From Symbiobacteriaceae bacterium (lineage in GTDB: Bacteria > Bacillota > Sulfobacillia > Symbiobacteriales > Symbiobacteriaceae), in contig DATCKG010000048.1 of NCBI GenBank assembly GCA_036562385.1, positions 1,344 through 65,343 on the forward strand: a stretch of 64,000 nucleotides of DNA, given 5' to 3'. The translations under genes and the position numbers were made by a program. Of the stretch, positions 1 to 9,081 are shown piece after piece; the stretch's first letter is position 1; every line of letters begins with the position of its first letter. Below the pieces are notes generated by a model. That model ran no database searches. It saw nothing but the letters and a program-made list of their open reading frames with translations, and was not told where the DNA came from.

Positions 1-1997
1 AGGTGGCGGCAGATGTCCCCGGCCACCTTGAGCAGCCGCTTCCGGGTGGCCTCCGGCCGGGCGGGATTGCCGATCAGGATCAGCCGGTGCACCTTTTCCG
101 ACAGCAGGATGGCCGTGGCCCGGCCGATGGAACCGGAGGCGCCCACGACGGCGATGGTGGCCTCGGTGAGGTTGGTACCCAGTTCGGTGACCGCCTTGTA
201 GACGGCATCCACCGCCGCCACCACGGTGTAGCTGTTGCCGGTGGTGATGGCCACGCCGGGGTTCTTCAGGAGCAGCCCCGCCCGGGTGACCACCGAGGTG
301 TAAGCCCCGAGGCCTACAATCCGGGCGCCCCGCTCCCGGGCCAGGTCGATGCCCCGCTGCACCAGGTCCACTGCTTCCTGACGGGGCATCTCCATCAGTT
401 GCCGGGCGGTGCGGGGAATGGCAATAAACTCCCCGAACGCGGTGCGGCCATCCTTGGCCACGATGCGGGTCGCCCCCACCACGAAGGGGTCCAGCAGGTC
501 GTTCCACCGGTCCGCAAGCCGCTGGATCTCCTCTTCGGTGAAGACCTTCAGGCTCTCGTCCATCTCCTTGTAATTCTGCAGATCCACCGGATGGACCAGG
601 AAGGCCCAGCGGCCTTCCCGGGGATCGCCGGAGGGCTCCGGCACGACCCGTCGGTAGGGCGCCGGCAGCACCTGAGGCCGTGATTCAACGCCCAGCAAAT
701 GACCGATCAGTTCGGCAGTATTGCCCTGGCCCAGGTACTGAAGCATCCGCCCCACCGCGTCGATCACCTGCTGGCACTGCTCCCGGGTGGCGATCAGCGG
801 CGGTTCGATGCGGATTACATCGGAACCGTTGAGGGTGGGAGCCACCCGGACGTGTTCGACGTTGAGCAAGTAACTGGCCAGCACCGGGGTGAGGCTCTCC
901 TGCTCGGCCAGCACCCCCAGCAGGCTGGTCCGGCCGAAGGTGTTCATGTCCACGCTGAACTGCAGGCCCAGCATGTACCCCCGGCCCCGGACCTCCTTCA
1001 GCACGTGGGGATACCGGCGCTGCAGGTCCTGCAACCCCGCTTTCAGGAAGGCGCCGTTTTCGGCCACCTGCCTCACCAGCGCCTGGTTGTCGCGGGTCAG
1101 CATCTCCAGCACCCGGATGCCCACCCGGCAGGCCAGGGCGTTGCCGGCAAACGTGGAGGAGTGCTTGGTGGCGAACTCCTCGTTGTAGACCTGCTCCGTG
1201 CAGAGGATGGCGCCGATGGGAACGAGGCCGCCGCCCAGGGCCTTGGCTAGCACCATCACATCCGGGGTGATGCCCTCCTCCTCGCAGGCAAACAGCCGGC
1301 CCGTCCGGCCCAGGCCGGTCTGGACCTCGTCCAGCACCAGCATCACGCCATAGCGGCTGCACAGCTCCCGGGCCCGGGTGAGGTATCCCGGGGGCGGCTC
1401 CACGATGCCGCCCTCGCCCTGGATGGGCTCCACGATGAAGGCGGCCAGTTCCGTCCCCTTCTCGGCGAAAAACGCCTCCAGGGCGGCGATGTCGCCGTAC
1501 GGCACCTTGTAGAAGCCGGGCACCGGGGCGCCGAAAGCCGCCTGATAGCTGGTGCGGTTGGTGGCGGAGAGGGCGCCCAGGGTCTTGCCATGGAAGGAGT
1601 TAGAGGCGGAAAGGATCCCCATCCGGCCCGTGGCCGAGCGGCACAGTTTGATGGCGGCCTCCACCGCCTCGGCACCGCTGTTGGCAAAGGTTACGTACCG
1701 CAGCCCTTCAGGCGCCACTTCGATCAGCCGGCGGGCCAGCTCACCGGCGGCCTCCAGGAAAGAGGGCTGAACGAAGGAAGGCTCGCCGCTCTGCTCCACC
1801 GCGCGGACAGCCTCCCAGATCTCAGGTGGATTGAACCCAAAGGGCAGCGCGCCGTAGGCGGCCATGAAATCCAGATACCGCTGCCCCTGGTCATCGTAAA
1901 GGTAGCACCCCTCCCCCCGGACGTACCGCTTGTCCATGTTCAGCTTTTCCAGCAACTCTCCCAGATGCGGATTTACATACTCCCGAAAAGGGTGCAC
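1..1997 (-). CDS. Fusion protein: class-III PLP aminotransferase (N-terminal ~435 aa) + acyl-ACP-reductase-like / COG5322 NAD(P)-binding domain (C-terminal); the 3' end runs off the window
   Basis: Absent from the ORF track because no stop lies in the window. The minus frame is open from GTG 1995-1997 (SD GGGGGAG 5 nt upstream) to position 1, and the same frame holds at 1997, 671 and 5. Aminotransferase motifs: FIVEPIQGEGGI, LVLDEVQTGLGRTG, VLAKALGGG. After the linker GVESRPQVLPAPYRR come WAFLVHPVDL, GLGAYTSVV, TTGNSYTVV and VAVVGASGSIG, which parallel cyanobacterial acyl-ACP reductase. Confidence 0.8.
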   Translation of the reverse strand, partial: MHPFREYVNPHLGELLEKLNMDKRYVRGEGCYLYDDQGQRYLDFMAAYGALPFGFNPPEIWEAVRAVEQSGEPSFVQPSFLEAAGELARRLIEVAPEGLRYVTFANSGAEAVEAAIKLCRSATGRMGILSASNSFHGKTLGALSATNRTSYQAAFGAPVPGFYKVPYGDIAALEAFFAEKGTELAAFIVEPIQGEGGIVEPPPGYLTRARELCSRYGVMLVLDEVQTGLGRTGRLFACEEEGITPDVMVLAKALGGGLVPIGAILCTEQVYNEEFATKHSSTFAGNALACRVGIRVLEMLTRDNQALVRQVAENGAFLKAGLQDLQRRYPHVLKEVRGRGYMLGLQFSVDMNTFGRTSLLGVLAEQESLTPVLASYLLNVEHVRVAPTLNGSDVIRIEPPLIATREQCQQVIDAVGRMLQYLGQGNTAELIGHLLGVESRPQVLPAPYRRVVPEPSGDPREGRWAFLVHPVDLQNYKEMDESLKVFTEEEIQRLADRWNDLLDPFVVGATRIVAKDGRTAFGEFIAIPRTARQLMEMPRQEAVDLVQRGIDLARERGARIVGLGAYTSVVTRAGLLLKNPGVAITTGNSYTVVAAVDAVYKAVTELGTNLTEATIAVVGASGSIGRATAILLSEKVHRLILIGNPARPEATRKRLLKVAGDICRH

Positions 1998-2021
1998 ACG
2001 GCTCCCCCCATTTCCTTCGTG

Positions 2022-2942
2022 TCAATCCGCGGCCGGTAATGCGGCTCCGAACCGCTCCACCCGCGGGGTAAATTGAATCCGGTCCAACCATGCCTCATAA
2101 TCCGCCGGCGTCATCTCCTCCGGATGCTTGCCGGCGAAGGCGACAATCAACGCCTCCATCAGGTTGGTGCCGAAGGAACGGCCTCCGATGTTGGGCGTGG
2201 TGGTCACCAGCATGGCAGCCCCCCGCTCCCGCACCTCCTCGACATTGGCAGGGGTCACCGTGTTGGTCAAAATCACCTTGCCGTCCAGCCGATCCGGCAT
2301 GTGCCGCCGGATATACAGCCAGTCCCCGGCAATCATATCTGCCCACTGGTAGTAGCCGGAGAAGCGGACCTCATGCTTGTCCTGCTTCTCTCCAGTGGGA
2401 TAGAGCCACTGAAAGGGCAACTGCGTGATCACCGGCAGAATCACCCGGGCCAGCTTCTGTACCGTCTCCAGCTTGCGGATAGGAATCTGCAGCCCCAGGG
2501 CGAACATCAAGTCGCCGAAGATCGTCTCGGCTCCCAGTTCCGCCAGCGCCTCGGCCATCCCAAACCGGTCCACCGAAGAGACCAAGAGCACCTTGCGGCC
2601 CTTCAGCGGCATCAAGTTCTGATCCACCCAGCGGATCACCCGCCGCTCCAGGGTGTTTTTCAGCCCGGAACCGTCCACCACCGGTGTCCGGGAAGCCGCC
2701 TCCACCAGCCGCCGGGCGTCCCGGAAGGCGTAACGGCGGCCGCCGGCGTGCAGGTACAGGTCGATGCCTCCGAGGCCAAAAGCGTCCACCTTGCCATCCA
2801 ATTCCCGGATCAGAGCCACCGCCCGGGCCATGTCGCCATCGGTGCCGATTCGTTCCACCACCACCTGCTCTCCCAGAATCTCGGTGGTGGCAGCGTGGTT
2901 GCGTCGGGAAGAACCAAGGCTGACGCTGACGATCCGTTTCAC
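2022..2942 (-). CDS. Conserved uncharacterised protein (family often auto-annotated as quinate 5-dehydrogenase / AroM-like)
   Basis: 306-aa ORF. Its ATG overlaps the stop of the upstream regulator gene. Its stop lies 24 nt before the fusion-gene GTG. The N-terminus is MKRIVSVSLGSS...IGTDGD...LGGIDLYL. Function cannot be assigned from sequence. Confidence 0.75.
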   Translation of the reverse strand: MKRIVSVSLGSSRRNHAATTEILGEQVVVERIGTDGDMARAVALIRELDGKVDAFGLGGIDLYLHAGGRRYAFRDARRLVEAASRTPVVDGSGLKNTLERRVIRWVDQNLMPLKGRKVLLVSSVDRFGMAEALAELGAETIFGDLMFALGLQIPIRKLETVQKLARVILPVITQLPFQWLYPTGEKQDKHEVRFSGYYQWADMIAGDWLYIRRHMPDRLDGKVILTNTVTPANVEEVRERGAAMLVTTTPNIGGRSFGTNLMEALIVAFAGKHPEEMTPADYEAWLDRIQFTPRVERFGAALPAAD

Positions 2943-3487
2943 GTGTCTGCCTCCCTATCCTGGGATCCCTTGATGCAGCGGATCAGGTCGCGGACCTCTT
3001 CGGGATCCACGTACTTGTCCTCGTGAATGGGCGATGTGCCGATCTCGATGCCAATTACGTGGGGACCCACCAGACCCTCCACCATCCGGAGGCGCTGGTC
3101 GGATCCAATAAAGATCACCCCGTCGCACTCCCGGGCGCGGGCGATCAGTTCCATCACCTCGTTGAGAAGGTCGGCGCCGTTTTTGCTGCGGGCGAACTGG
3201 AGGCGTTCCTCCTCGGACATCAACAGGATGAAGTCAACCCCCTCCTCCTCCGCCATGGCCGCCAGTTCTGCCCGGTTCTTGATGGGAAAGCCCACCAGGG
3301 CGATGCGCTTCCCCTTCCGCACCTCGCCGATGGACTCCAGACGGGAGATGAGGGTCCGGTCCACCTGCAGTTTTTCAGCCACCTCGAGTTGTGAATAGCC
3401 CTGGGCCCGCAGTTCCAGGATGCGGTCGACGGTTTGTACGATCCGGTCGCGATTCACCACCTTGTCCCCGATGCGGACCAGGCGCAT
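2939..3487 (-). CDS. HTH-domain transcriptional regulator, first gene of the three-gene operon
   Basis: 182-aa ORF with an HTH-like segment GYSQLEVAEKLQVDRTLISRLE. Translationally coupled to the next gene. Confidence 0.7.
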   Translation of the reverse strand: MRLVRIGDKVVNRDRIVQTVDRILELRAQGYSQLEVAEKLQVDRTLISRLESIGEVRKGKRIALVGFPIKNRAELAAMAEEEGVDFILLMSEEERLQFARSKNGADLLNEVMELIARARECDGVIFIGSDQRLRMVEGLVGPHVIGIEIGTSPIHEDKYVDPEEVRDLIRCIKGSQDREADT

Positions 3488-3512
3488 GGCCTCTTACCCC
3501 CGATCGCCGTAC

Positions 3513-3556
3513 TGTGCACAAGAATGTGCTAGGCAGATTCTACAGCTTTGTGCACA
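3513..3556. promoter_or_regulatory. Two perfect TGTGCACA palindromes 36 bp apart, upstream of the regulator gene: candidate operator pair
   Basis: TGTGCACA occurs at 3513-3520 and 3549-3556, which is 26-70 nt upstream of the start at 3487. Confidence 0.35.
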
Positions 3557-3750
3557 GGCATGCAAGAGCGGGATCCGATTTGAGACGTCAGCCTTGTGTT
3601 ATCCATTTCGCGCATCTTAACGAAAACTGAACCGAAGCTAAACCCACCCCACACGGGACCGCAACAACCGCCTGGTACGATCGCCTTGAAATCCGTGAAC
3701 TCCGGACGACCAAGGCGCAATTTATGGGGCCATGCCGCAGACGCGCGAAA

Positions 3751-3780
3751 AGACCGGCATGCCCGAAAGCACGCCGGTCT
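3751..3780 (-). terminator. Rho-independent terminator of the Gly/Trp-rich gene
   Basis: Stem AGACCGGC...GCCGGTCT. On the minus strand it is followed by TTTTCGCG. It lies directly after the stop at 3787. Confidence 0.55.
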
Positions 3781-3786
3781 CTTTGA

Positions 3787-4038
3787 TTATTGTACCTTGC
3801 CGTAACCGGGATAGTAGCCGTACGGAATCCCCACTTGGCCAGGGGGATACTGCTTGGCGAAGCCACCTCCCTGGGTGGGCATCCAGAATCCGCCCTGACC
3901 CCACGGAGAGCCCTTTCCCCACGGGAAGCCCTTGCCCCAGCGGTGACCCTTTCCCCAGGGGTGTCCTATGCCCCACGGGAAACCTTTTCCCCAGGGAGAG
4001 CCCTGCCCTTGCGTGCCGCCACCGCTAAACTGGTTCAC
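3787..4038 (-). CDS. Small Gly/Trp-rich repeat protein (83 aa), hexapeptide PWGKGx repeats
   Basis: GTG at 4038 follows SD GGAGAGGTGAG. Product: MNQFSGGGTQGQGSPWGKGFPWGIGHPWGKGHRWGKGFPWGKGSPWGQGGFW...GIPYGYYPGYGKVQ. The gene has its own terminator. Confidence 0.6.
   Translation of the reverse strand: MNQFSGGGTQGQGSPWGKGFPWGIGHPWGKGHRWGKGFPWGKGSPWGQGGFWMPTQGGGFAKQYPPGQVGIPYGYYPGYGKVQ
3895..4005 (-). repeat. About six tandem 18-bp units encoding PWG(K/I/Q)Gx
   Basis: On the plus strand the pattern CC(T)TTCCCCA(C/G)GG recurs every 18 nt. Confidence 0.8.
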
Positions 4039-4144
4039 TTCTCTCACCTCTCCCCATCGTATGCAGCACCCTCCAGGCAGCGTTCTTCCGCCTTGCGGCA
4101 CGGCCCCGCTGACTACCGGAAAACCATCTCAGGGAGGGTCTGCT

Positions 4145-5023
4145 GTGAACGGATACCGGCTGCTGGCTCTAGATATTGACGGAACGCTCCTGAACCCCGC
4201 GGGCGAACTGACCCCCCGGGTGCAGAACGCCGTAACCGGCGTGATGCGCGCCGGCATGCTGGTCACCCTGGCGACCGGCCGCAACCTGCGGAGCACGCTG
4301 CCCATCGCCCGGGCCCTGGGCATCACCGCCCCCCTGGTCGTGAGCAACGGCTCCCTGGTGATTTGCCCCGTCACCTCCCGGGTGCTCCTGTACCGGCCGC
4401 TGGATCCGGAGGTAGCAAAGCAGACGGTCCAACTCCTGGAGCGGGCAGGGCTGGCGGCCTGCGCCACCCGCGTGTGCCTGAGCGGTCCGGATTTCTTCTA
4501 CGCGCAGTCGCCGTCCTATTTTGCGTTCGACCTCCGCCGGGGGCGCCCCCCTGAGTCGGTCCAGAAAGTGGCGGATCTGGCCGCGGTGGCGGCTCGGATT
4601 CGGCCCCTCAAGGTGATGGCCCTGGACAGCACCGACGCCGTGGCGGCCGCGGCCCGGGAACTGGAGCGGCAATTCGCCGGCCGGTGCCGCGTGTTGATCA
4701 CTCCGGAGGGGGAAGGCTGCGCTCTCCTGGAGGTCTCGGCCCCCGGCGTGACCAAGGCCACGGGCCTGGAGCGCCTGGCTGCCCTGTACCGGATCTGCCC
4801 AGAGGAGATGATTGCGATCGGCGACAACCGCAACGACCTGGAGATGCTCCGCTATGCCGGGCTGGGCGTGGCCATGGGCAACGCCGATGACGAGGTAAAG
4901 CAGGCCGCCCGTGTGGTAACGGCCCCCAACGACGCCGACGGCGTGGCCGTCTTTCTCGAATCGTTTATCCTTCAGGGGGCTTCTTCGCGAAGCGTGCCGG
5001 AGCCCACCGCAACACGGTCTTAA
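4145..5023 (+). CDS. Cof-type HAD-IIB phosphatase
   Basis: GTG 4145 lies 6 nt after SD GGGAGGG. Motifs LLALDIDGTLL and IAIGDNRNDLEML...GVAMGNA. The listed 351-aa ORF has an implausible N-terminal extension. Confidence 0.8.
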   Translation: MNGYRLLALDIDGTLLNPAGELTPRVQNAVTGVMRAGMLVTLATGRNLRSTLPIARALGITAPLVVSNGSLVICPVTSRVLLYRPLDPEVAKQTVQLLERAGLAACATRVCLSGPDFFYAQSPSYFAFDLRRGRPPESVQKVADLAAVAARIRPLKVMALDSTDAVAAAARELERQFAGRCRVLITPEGEGCALLEVSAPGVTKATGLERLAALYRICPEEMIAIGDNRNDLEMLRYAGLGVAMGNADDEVKQAARVVTAPNDADGVAVFLESFILQGASSRSVPEPTATRS

Positions 5024-5069
5024 CAATGCCTACCCACAGCCTTAACACGGGAATAGTAAAGTGAACGTG
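5020..5069 (+). promoter_or_regulatory. Pho-box array (PhoP binding sites) upstream of pstS
   Basis: Hexamers sit at an exact 11-bp phase: TTAACA 5020, TACCCA 5031, TTAACA 5042, ATAGTA 5053, AACGTG 5064. This matches the Bacillus-type TT(A/T/C)ACA-N5 repeats. Confidence 0.55.
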
Positions 5070-5106
5070 ATGAAATAGACGGGGTCTCCGGAGGAGTGGG
5101 AGACAG

Positions 5107-5958
5107 ATGCGAACCACCCTGCGCAAAGGTGCAGCGGCGCTGCTGGCATGTGTCCTCGCGCTGGGTCTGGCAGGCTGCGGAGCCAAGGAACCGCCTCCCG
5201 GCGCGCTCACGGGAAAGGTCAGCATCAGTGGCTCCACCGCCCTGTTGCCCCTGGCCAAGGCCGCCAAGGAGCTCTTTGAAGAAAAGCATGAATGGGTCAC
5301 CATCAACGTCAGCGGCGGGGGATCGTTCAGCGGCCTGAACCAGGTATCCACCGGGGCCGTGGACATCGGCATGTCGGACATCGAGGCGCCCCCGGAGATG
5401 GCAGAGGGTCTTGTGGAGCACAGGGTGTCCATCTCGCCCTTTGTGATCGTGATCCATCCGGATCTTCCGGTCGAAAACCTGACCCTGGAGCAGGCGGCAC
5501 AGATCTTTCGGGGGGAGATCACCAACTGGCGGGAAGTGGGCGGCCCGGATATGCCTATCACCGTGGTGAGCCGTCCGCAGTCGTCGGGCTCCCGGGCCAC
5601 CATCGTGGCCACGGTGCTGAAAGGCCAGGGCGACATCACCCGAAACGCGGTGATCCAGGACTCCAACGGCAAGGTGCGGGAGACCATCAGCACCACCCCC
5701 GGTGCCATCGGATACGTGGAGTACTCCTACTACCAGGAAGAGATGGCCCGGGCGGTCTCGATCGACGGTGTGCCCTGTACCCCCGAGAACGTGCTAAGCG
5801 GCCGGTATCCGATCTGGTCTTACGGCCGGATGTACACCCGGGGCGAGCCCACTGGAGCGGCAAAAGCCTTCCTGGACTTTCTCCTCAGTTCGGAGTTTCA
5901 GGAAGGCTACATGGACGTGCTCAAGCTCATTCCCGTCACCGGGATGCAGGCAGAATGA
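5107..5958 (+). CDS. pstS: Phosphate ABC transporter substrate-binding lipoprotein
   Basis: 283 aa. Lipobox LGLAGCG. Motif ISGSTALLPL...SGGGS. SD GGAGGAG. Confidence 0.9.
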   Translation: MRTTLRKGAAALLACVLALGLAGCGAKEPPPGALTGKVSISGSTALLPLAKAAKELFEEKHEWVTINVSGGGSFSGLNQVSTGAVDIGMSDIEAPPEMAEGLVEHRVSISPFVIVIHPDLPVENLTLEQAAQIFRGEITNWREVGGPDMPITVVSRPQSSGSRATIVATVLKGQGDITRNAVIQDSNGKVRETISTTPGAIGYVEYSYYQEEMARAVSIDGVPCTPENVLSGRYPIWSYGRMYTRGEPTGAAKAFLDFLLSSEFQEGYMDVLKLIPVTGMQAE

Positions 5959-6031
5959 GAGGGGGGCATCGCAGCCCCCCTCCGCTCTCATGTTATAGTG
6001 GTAGCAAGACAGGCAAGGGAGGAATCAGGAG

Positions 6032-6730
6032 ATGGCCGAGCGGATCCTGGTGGTGGACGACGAGGCCGCCATTGTCCAGTTGGTGGCCTACAACCTGCGC
6101 CGGGCCGGCTTTGAGGTTATCACCGCAGACAACGGCGAGGACGCCCTCCGGATTGCCCGGACCGATCCGCCCGACCTGATCATCCTGGATGTGATGCTCC
6201 CCGGCTTAGACGGATTTGAGGTCTGCAAGCGCCTGCGGCGGGAGCAGGACGTGCCGATCCTGATGCTAACCGCCCGGGGGGAGGAGATCGACCGGGTGGT
6301 GGGCTTCGAGATCGGCGCGGATGATTACGTCACCAAGCCTTTCAGCCCGCGGGAACTGGTGGGAAGGGTCAAGGCGATCCTCAGGCGCAGCCGGAAAGAC
6401 CCGGTGCCAAATCCCCGTGAGTCCGTTACCTTTGGGACGCTAACTATCAACTTCGTTACCTATGAGGTTACCCGGGATGGCCGCCGGGTCGATCTTACCC
6501 CCACGGAGTTTCAGATCCTGAAGGTGCTGACGCAGAACCCCGGCCGGGTCTTCAGCCGGGATGAGCTGGTGGACCGGGTGATGGGGCCGGACTTTTACGG
6601 CGATGTCCGGACGGTGGACGTTCACATCCGCCACCTCCGAACCAAACTGGAGGAAAACCCGTCGCAGCCGAAGCTGATTGAGACGGTGCGCGGGGCAGGC
6701 TACAAGTTCGTGGGAGACCGGAAGCAATGA
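6032..6730 (+). CDS. phoP: OmpR-family phosphate response regulator
   Basis: 232 aa. Receiver domain ILVVDDE...ILDVMLPGLDG, then a winged helix ending GAGYKF. Confidence 0.9.
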   Translation: MAERILVVDDEAAIVQLVAYNLRRAGFEVITADNGEDALRIARTDPPDLIILDVMLPGLDGFEVCKRLRREQDVPILMLTARGEEIDRVVGFEIGADDYVTKPFSPRELVGRVKAILRRSRKDPVPNPRESVTFGTLTINFVTYEVTRDGRRVDLTPTEFQILKVLTQNPGRVFSRDELVDRVMGPDFYGDVRTVDVHIRHLRTKLEENPSQPKLIETVRGAGYKFVGDRKQ

Positions 6731-8124
6731 AGGAACTGCACCGACAGGCGATCCGCTTTTTCCTCCTGCCCCTGGCAGGCACCCTGCTGCTGGGCGTGCC
6801 GTATGTGGTCAGCGGCAGGCTGGGGCAGGCCCTGACCGAAGGTCCCGGGTGCCTGGACTGGATCGTCGGGCTTCTGCTGCTCACGGGGATCCTGATCCCG
6901 CCCCTGTGGGGATATCGACTCACGGTCCGGATGACCCGGTCCCTCACCCGGACGGCGGAGATCACCCAGCGGATCGCATCCGGCGACTTTTCCCGAACCC
7001 TGGCGGCCTGGGCAGCGGAGACCCGGGAGATGTCGCTGCTGGAGCAGAGCATCAACGCCACGGCGCTGCTGCTGCAGGAGCGCCTGCGGGAACTGGCGGT
7101 GGAGAAGTCCCGGCTGGAAGCGATCCTGCGGAACATGGTGGACGGCGTGCTGCTGGTGGACAGCCGGCGAAAGCTGGTCATGGTCAACCCGGCCGCGGAG
7201 GCAATGTTCGGGATCACGGCCCGGGAAGTGCTGGGCAAGGATCACCTGGAAGTGACGTACCACTTTGACCTGGATGAACAGATGCAGAAGGTGCTGACGG
7301 ACGGCCAGCCCCGAACTCTGGAGATCCGCCGGGCCCGGCCCCGGGAGGAGATTTTGGAGGCGCGCCTCGCGCCTTTCGGGGATGGGACAGAGCGGGGCGT
7401 CCTGGTGGTGCTGCGAAACGTCACCCGGGCCCGACAGCTGGAGAAGATGCGGCGGGAGTTTGTGGCCAGCGTCGCCCACGAGCTGCGCACGCCCCTCACC
7501 GCCATTCGGGGGTTTGCGGAGACGCTCCTGGACGGCGCCCTGGAGGAGCCGGAAGCGGCCCGGCAGTTCGTGGGCATCATCAAGCAGGAAAGCGAGGCCC
7601 TGAGCCGCCTGATCGAGGATCTCCTGGACCTTTCTCATATCGAGTCCGGGAAGTGGAAGATGTACCGGGAGCCGATCCAACCCGTCCAGTTGGTGACCGA
7701 GGCGGTGGAGCGGCTCATGCCCAAGGCGAAGGAACGGGGCATCGACCTGCGGCTACAGGTGCCCGAGGCTTTGCCCCAGATCACCGGCGACCCGGGCCGG
7801 CTGGCTCAGGTGCTCGGCAACCTGATGGACAACGCCCTGAAATACACCGCCCGGGGCGGCAGCGTCACCGTATCCGCCTGGGAAGAGGGCCCCTGGGTGA
7901 AAATCAGCGTGGCAGACACGGGCGTGGGTATCCCCCAGGCCGACTTGCCCCGCGTGTTTGAGCGGTTCTACCGCGTGGACAAGGCCCGCAGCCGCAGCAC
8001 CGGCGGCACCGGCCTGGGGCTGGCCATCGCCAAGCACATCGTCGAGGCCCACGGCGGCACCATCGGAGTCGACAGCGAGGTCGGAAAGGGCACCACCTTC
8101 ACCTTCGCGTTACCGAAATCTTAA
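6727..8124 (+). CDS. phoR: Phosphate-sensing histidine kinase
   Basis: 465 aa. Two TM segments, HAMP, PAS, H-box SVAHELRTPL and ATPase G-box GGTGLGLAI. ATGA overlap with phoP. Confidence 0.9.
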   Translation: MKELHRQAIRFFLLPLAGTLLLGVPYVVSGRLGQALTEGPGCLDWIVGLLLLTGILIPPLWGYRLTVRMTRSLTRTAEITQRIASGDFSRTLAAWAAETREMSLLEQSINATALLLQERLRELAVEKSRLEAILRNMVDGVLLVDSRRKLVMVNPAAEAMFGITAREVLGKDHLEVTYHFDLDEQMQKVLTDGQPRTLEIRRARPREEILEARLAPFGDGTERGVLVVLRNVTRARQLEKMRREFVASVAHELRTPLTAIRGFAETLLDGALEEPEAARQFVGIIKQESEALSRLIEDLLDLSHIESGKWKMYREPIQPVQLVTEAVERLMPKAKERGIDLRLQVPEALPQITGDPGRLAQVLGNLMDNALKYTARGGSVTVSAWEEGPWVKISVADTGVGIPQADLPRVFERFYRVDKARSRSTGGTGLGLAIAKHIVEAHGGTIGVDSEVGKGTTFTFALPKS

Positions 8125-8170
8125 CCTGGCGTTAACCATCTATCCGCCGCCCCTTAACGGAAATCCATTA
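8121..8170 (+). promoter_or_regulatory. Second Pho-box array upstream of pstCAB-phoU
   Basis: Hexamers in 11-bp phase: TTAACC 8121, TTAACC 8132, TCCGCC 8143, TTAACG 8154, CCATTA 8165. Confidence 0.5.
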
Positions 8171-8214
8171 GGCTTCTATTAGCTGAAGCCGATGGATTGC
8201 AAGGAGGGACTCGC

Positions 8215-9081
8215 GTGACCCGAGCACGCGTCTCGGACCGAATCGCCCGCTACCTGCTCTGGGCCTGTGCGGTGGCGGTCACGGTGGTCATCACCGCCAT
8301 CCTCGTCTTCGTGGGCCGGGAGGGGCTCCTCACCTTCACCGCCGTGGACCCCTTTACCTTCTTCTTCAGCCCCGTCTGGGATCCACCCAACCACCAGTTC
8401 GGCGCGCTGCCTTTCTTTCTAGGCTCCATCGCCGCGACCGCCATCGCCCTGCTGATCGGCGCTCCGTTGGGGCTGGCCGGGGCGATCTTCATGGCCAAGA
8501 TCGCGCCGCCCTGGTTAAGGGGAATGCTCCGGCAAGCCAGCAACCTGTTTGCCGGGATTCCCTCGGTGGTGTACGGCTACATCGGCCTCACCGTCCTGGT
8601 GCCCTGGATCCGCGGCACCCTGGGCGGGCAGGGATATGGTGTGCTGGCGGCCGGAATAATCCTGGGCATCATGATCCTGCCTACCATCATCAACACTGCG
8701 GAGGATGCCATCCAGGCAGTTCCGGGCTCCCTGGAAGAAGGCTCCCTGGGCCTGGGGGCCACCCGCTGGCAGACCATCTGGAACGTCATTCTACCCGCAG
8801 CCCGGCCCCGGATCCTGGCCGGTATCATCCTGGCCTTTGCCCGGGCCTTCGGCGAGACCACCGCGGTGCAGATGGTGATCGGCAATTCGCCCCGGGTCCT
8901 CACGGGCCTCACCACCGGCACCGCCACCCTGACCAGCCAAATCATCATGGAGATGGGGCAGACGCCGCCGGGCTCTACCTGGAACCGGGCCCTCTTCATG
9001 ATGGCCTTCGGGCTGCTGGTCAACTCCGTCCTGCTGATTCTGCTGGTCCGGTGGGTCAGTAGCCGGGGGGTGGCACGGTGA
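8215..9081 (+). CDS. pstC: Phosphate ABC transporter permease
   Basis: GTG 8215 lies 7 nt after SD AAGGAGGG. The track start at 8197 sits inside the SD region. Multi-TM protein with the EAA-type loop GLGATRWQTIWNVILP. Confidence 0.9.
   Translation: MTRARVSDRIARYLLWACAVAVTVVITAILVFVGREGLLTFTAVDPFTFFFSPVWDPPNHQFGALPFFLGSIAATAIALLIGAPLGLAGAIFMAKIAPPWLRGMLRQASNLFAGIPSVVYGYIGLTVLVPWIRGTLGGQGYGVLAAGIILGIMILPTIINTAEDAIQAVPGSLEEGSLGLGATRWQTIWNVILPAARPRILAGIILAFARAFGETTAVQMVIGNSPRVLTGLTTGTATLTSQIIMEMGQTPPGSTWNRALFMMAFGLLVNSVLLILLVRWVSSRGVAR

Noticed and set aside
3-1770. Track ORFs 3-683(+), 685-1362(-), 699-1250(+), 1343-1687(-) and 1552-1770(+), which together appear to tile the left end
   Set aside because: Their translations are Arg/Pro/Gly-rich nonsense typical of wrong-frame reading of GC-rich DNA. 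A third minus frame gives a continuous, motif-bearing aminotransferase-reductase protein across the whole interval.
5959-5990. Hairpin GAGGGGGGC...GCCCCCCTC after pstS as a full terminator
   Set aside because: No U-tract follows (CGCTCTCATG). It more likely acts as a partial attenuator or stabiliser. A TG-n-TATAGT extended -10 lies just downstream, so it is not called as a terminator feature.
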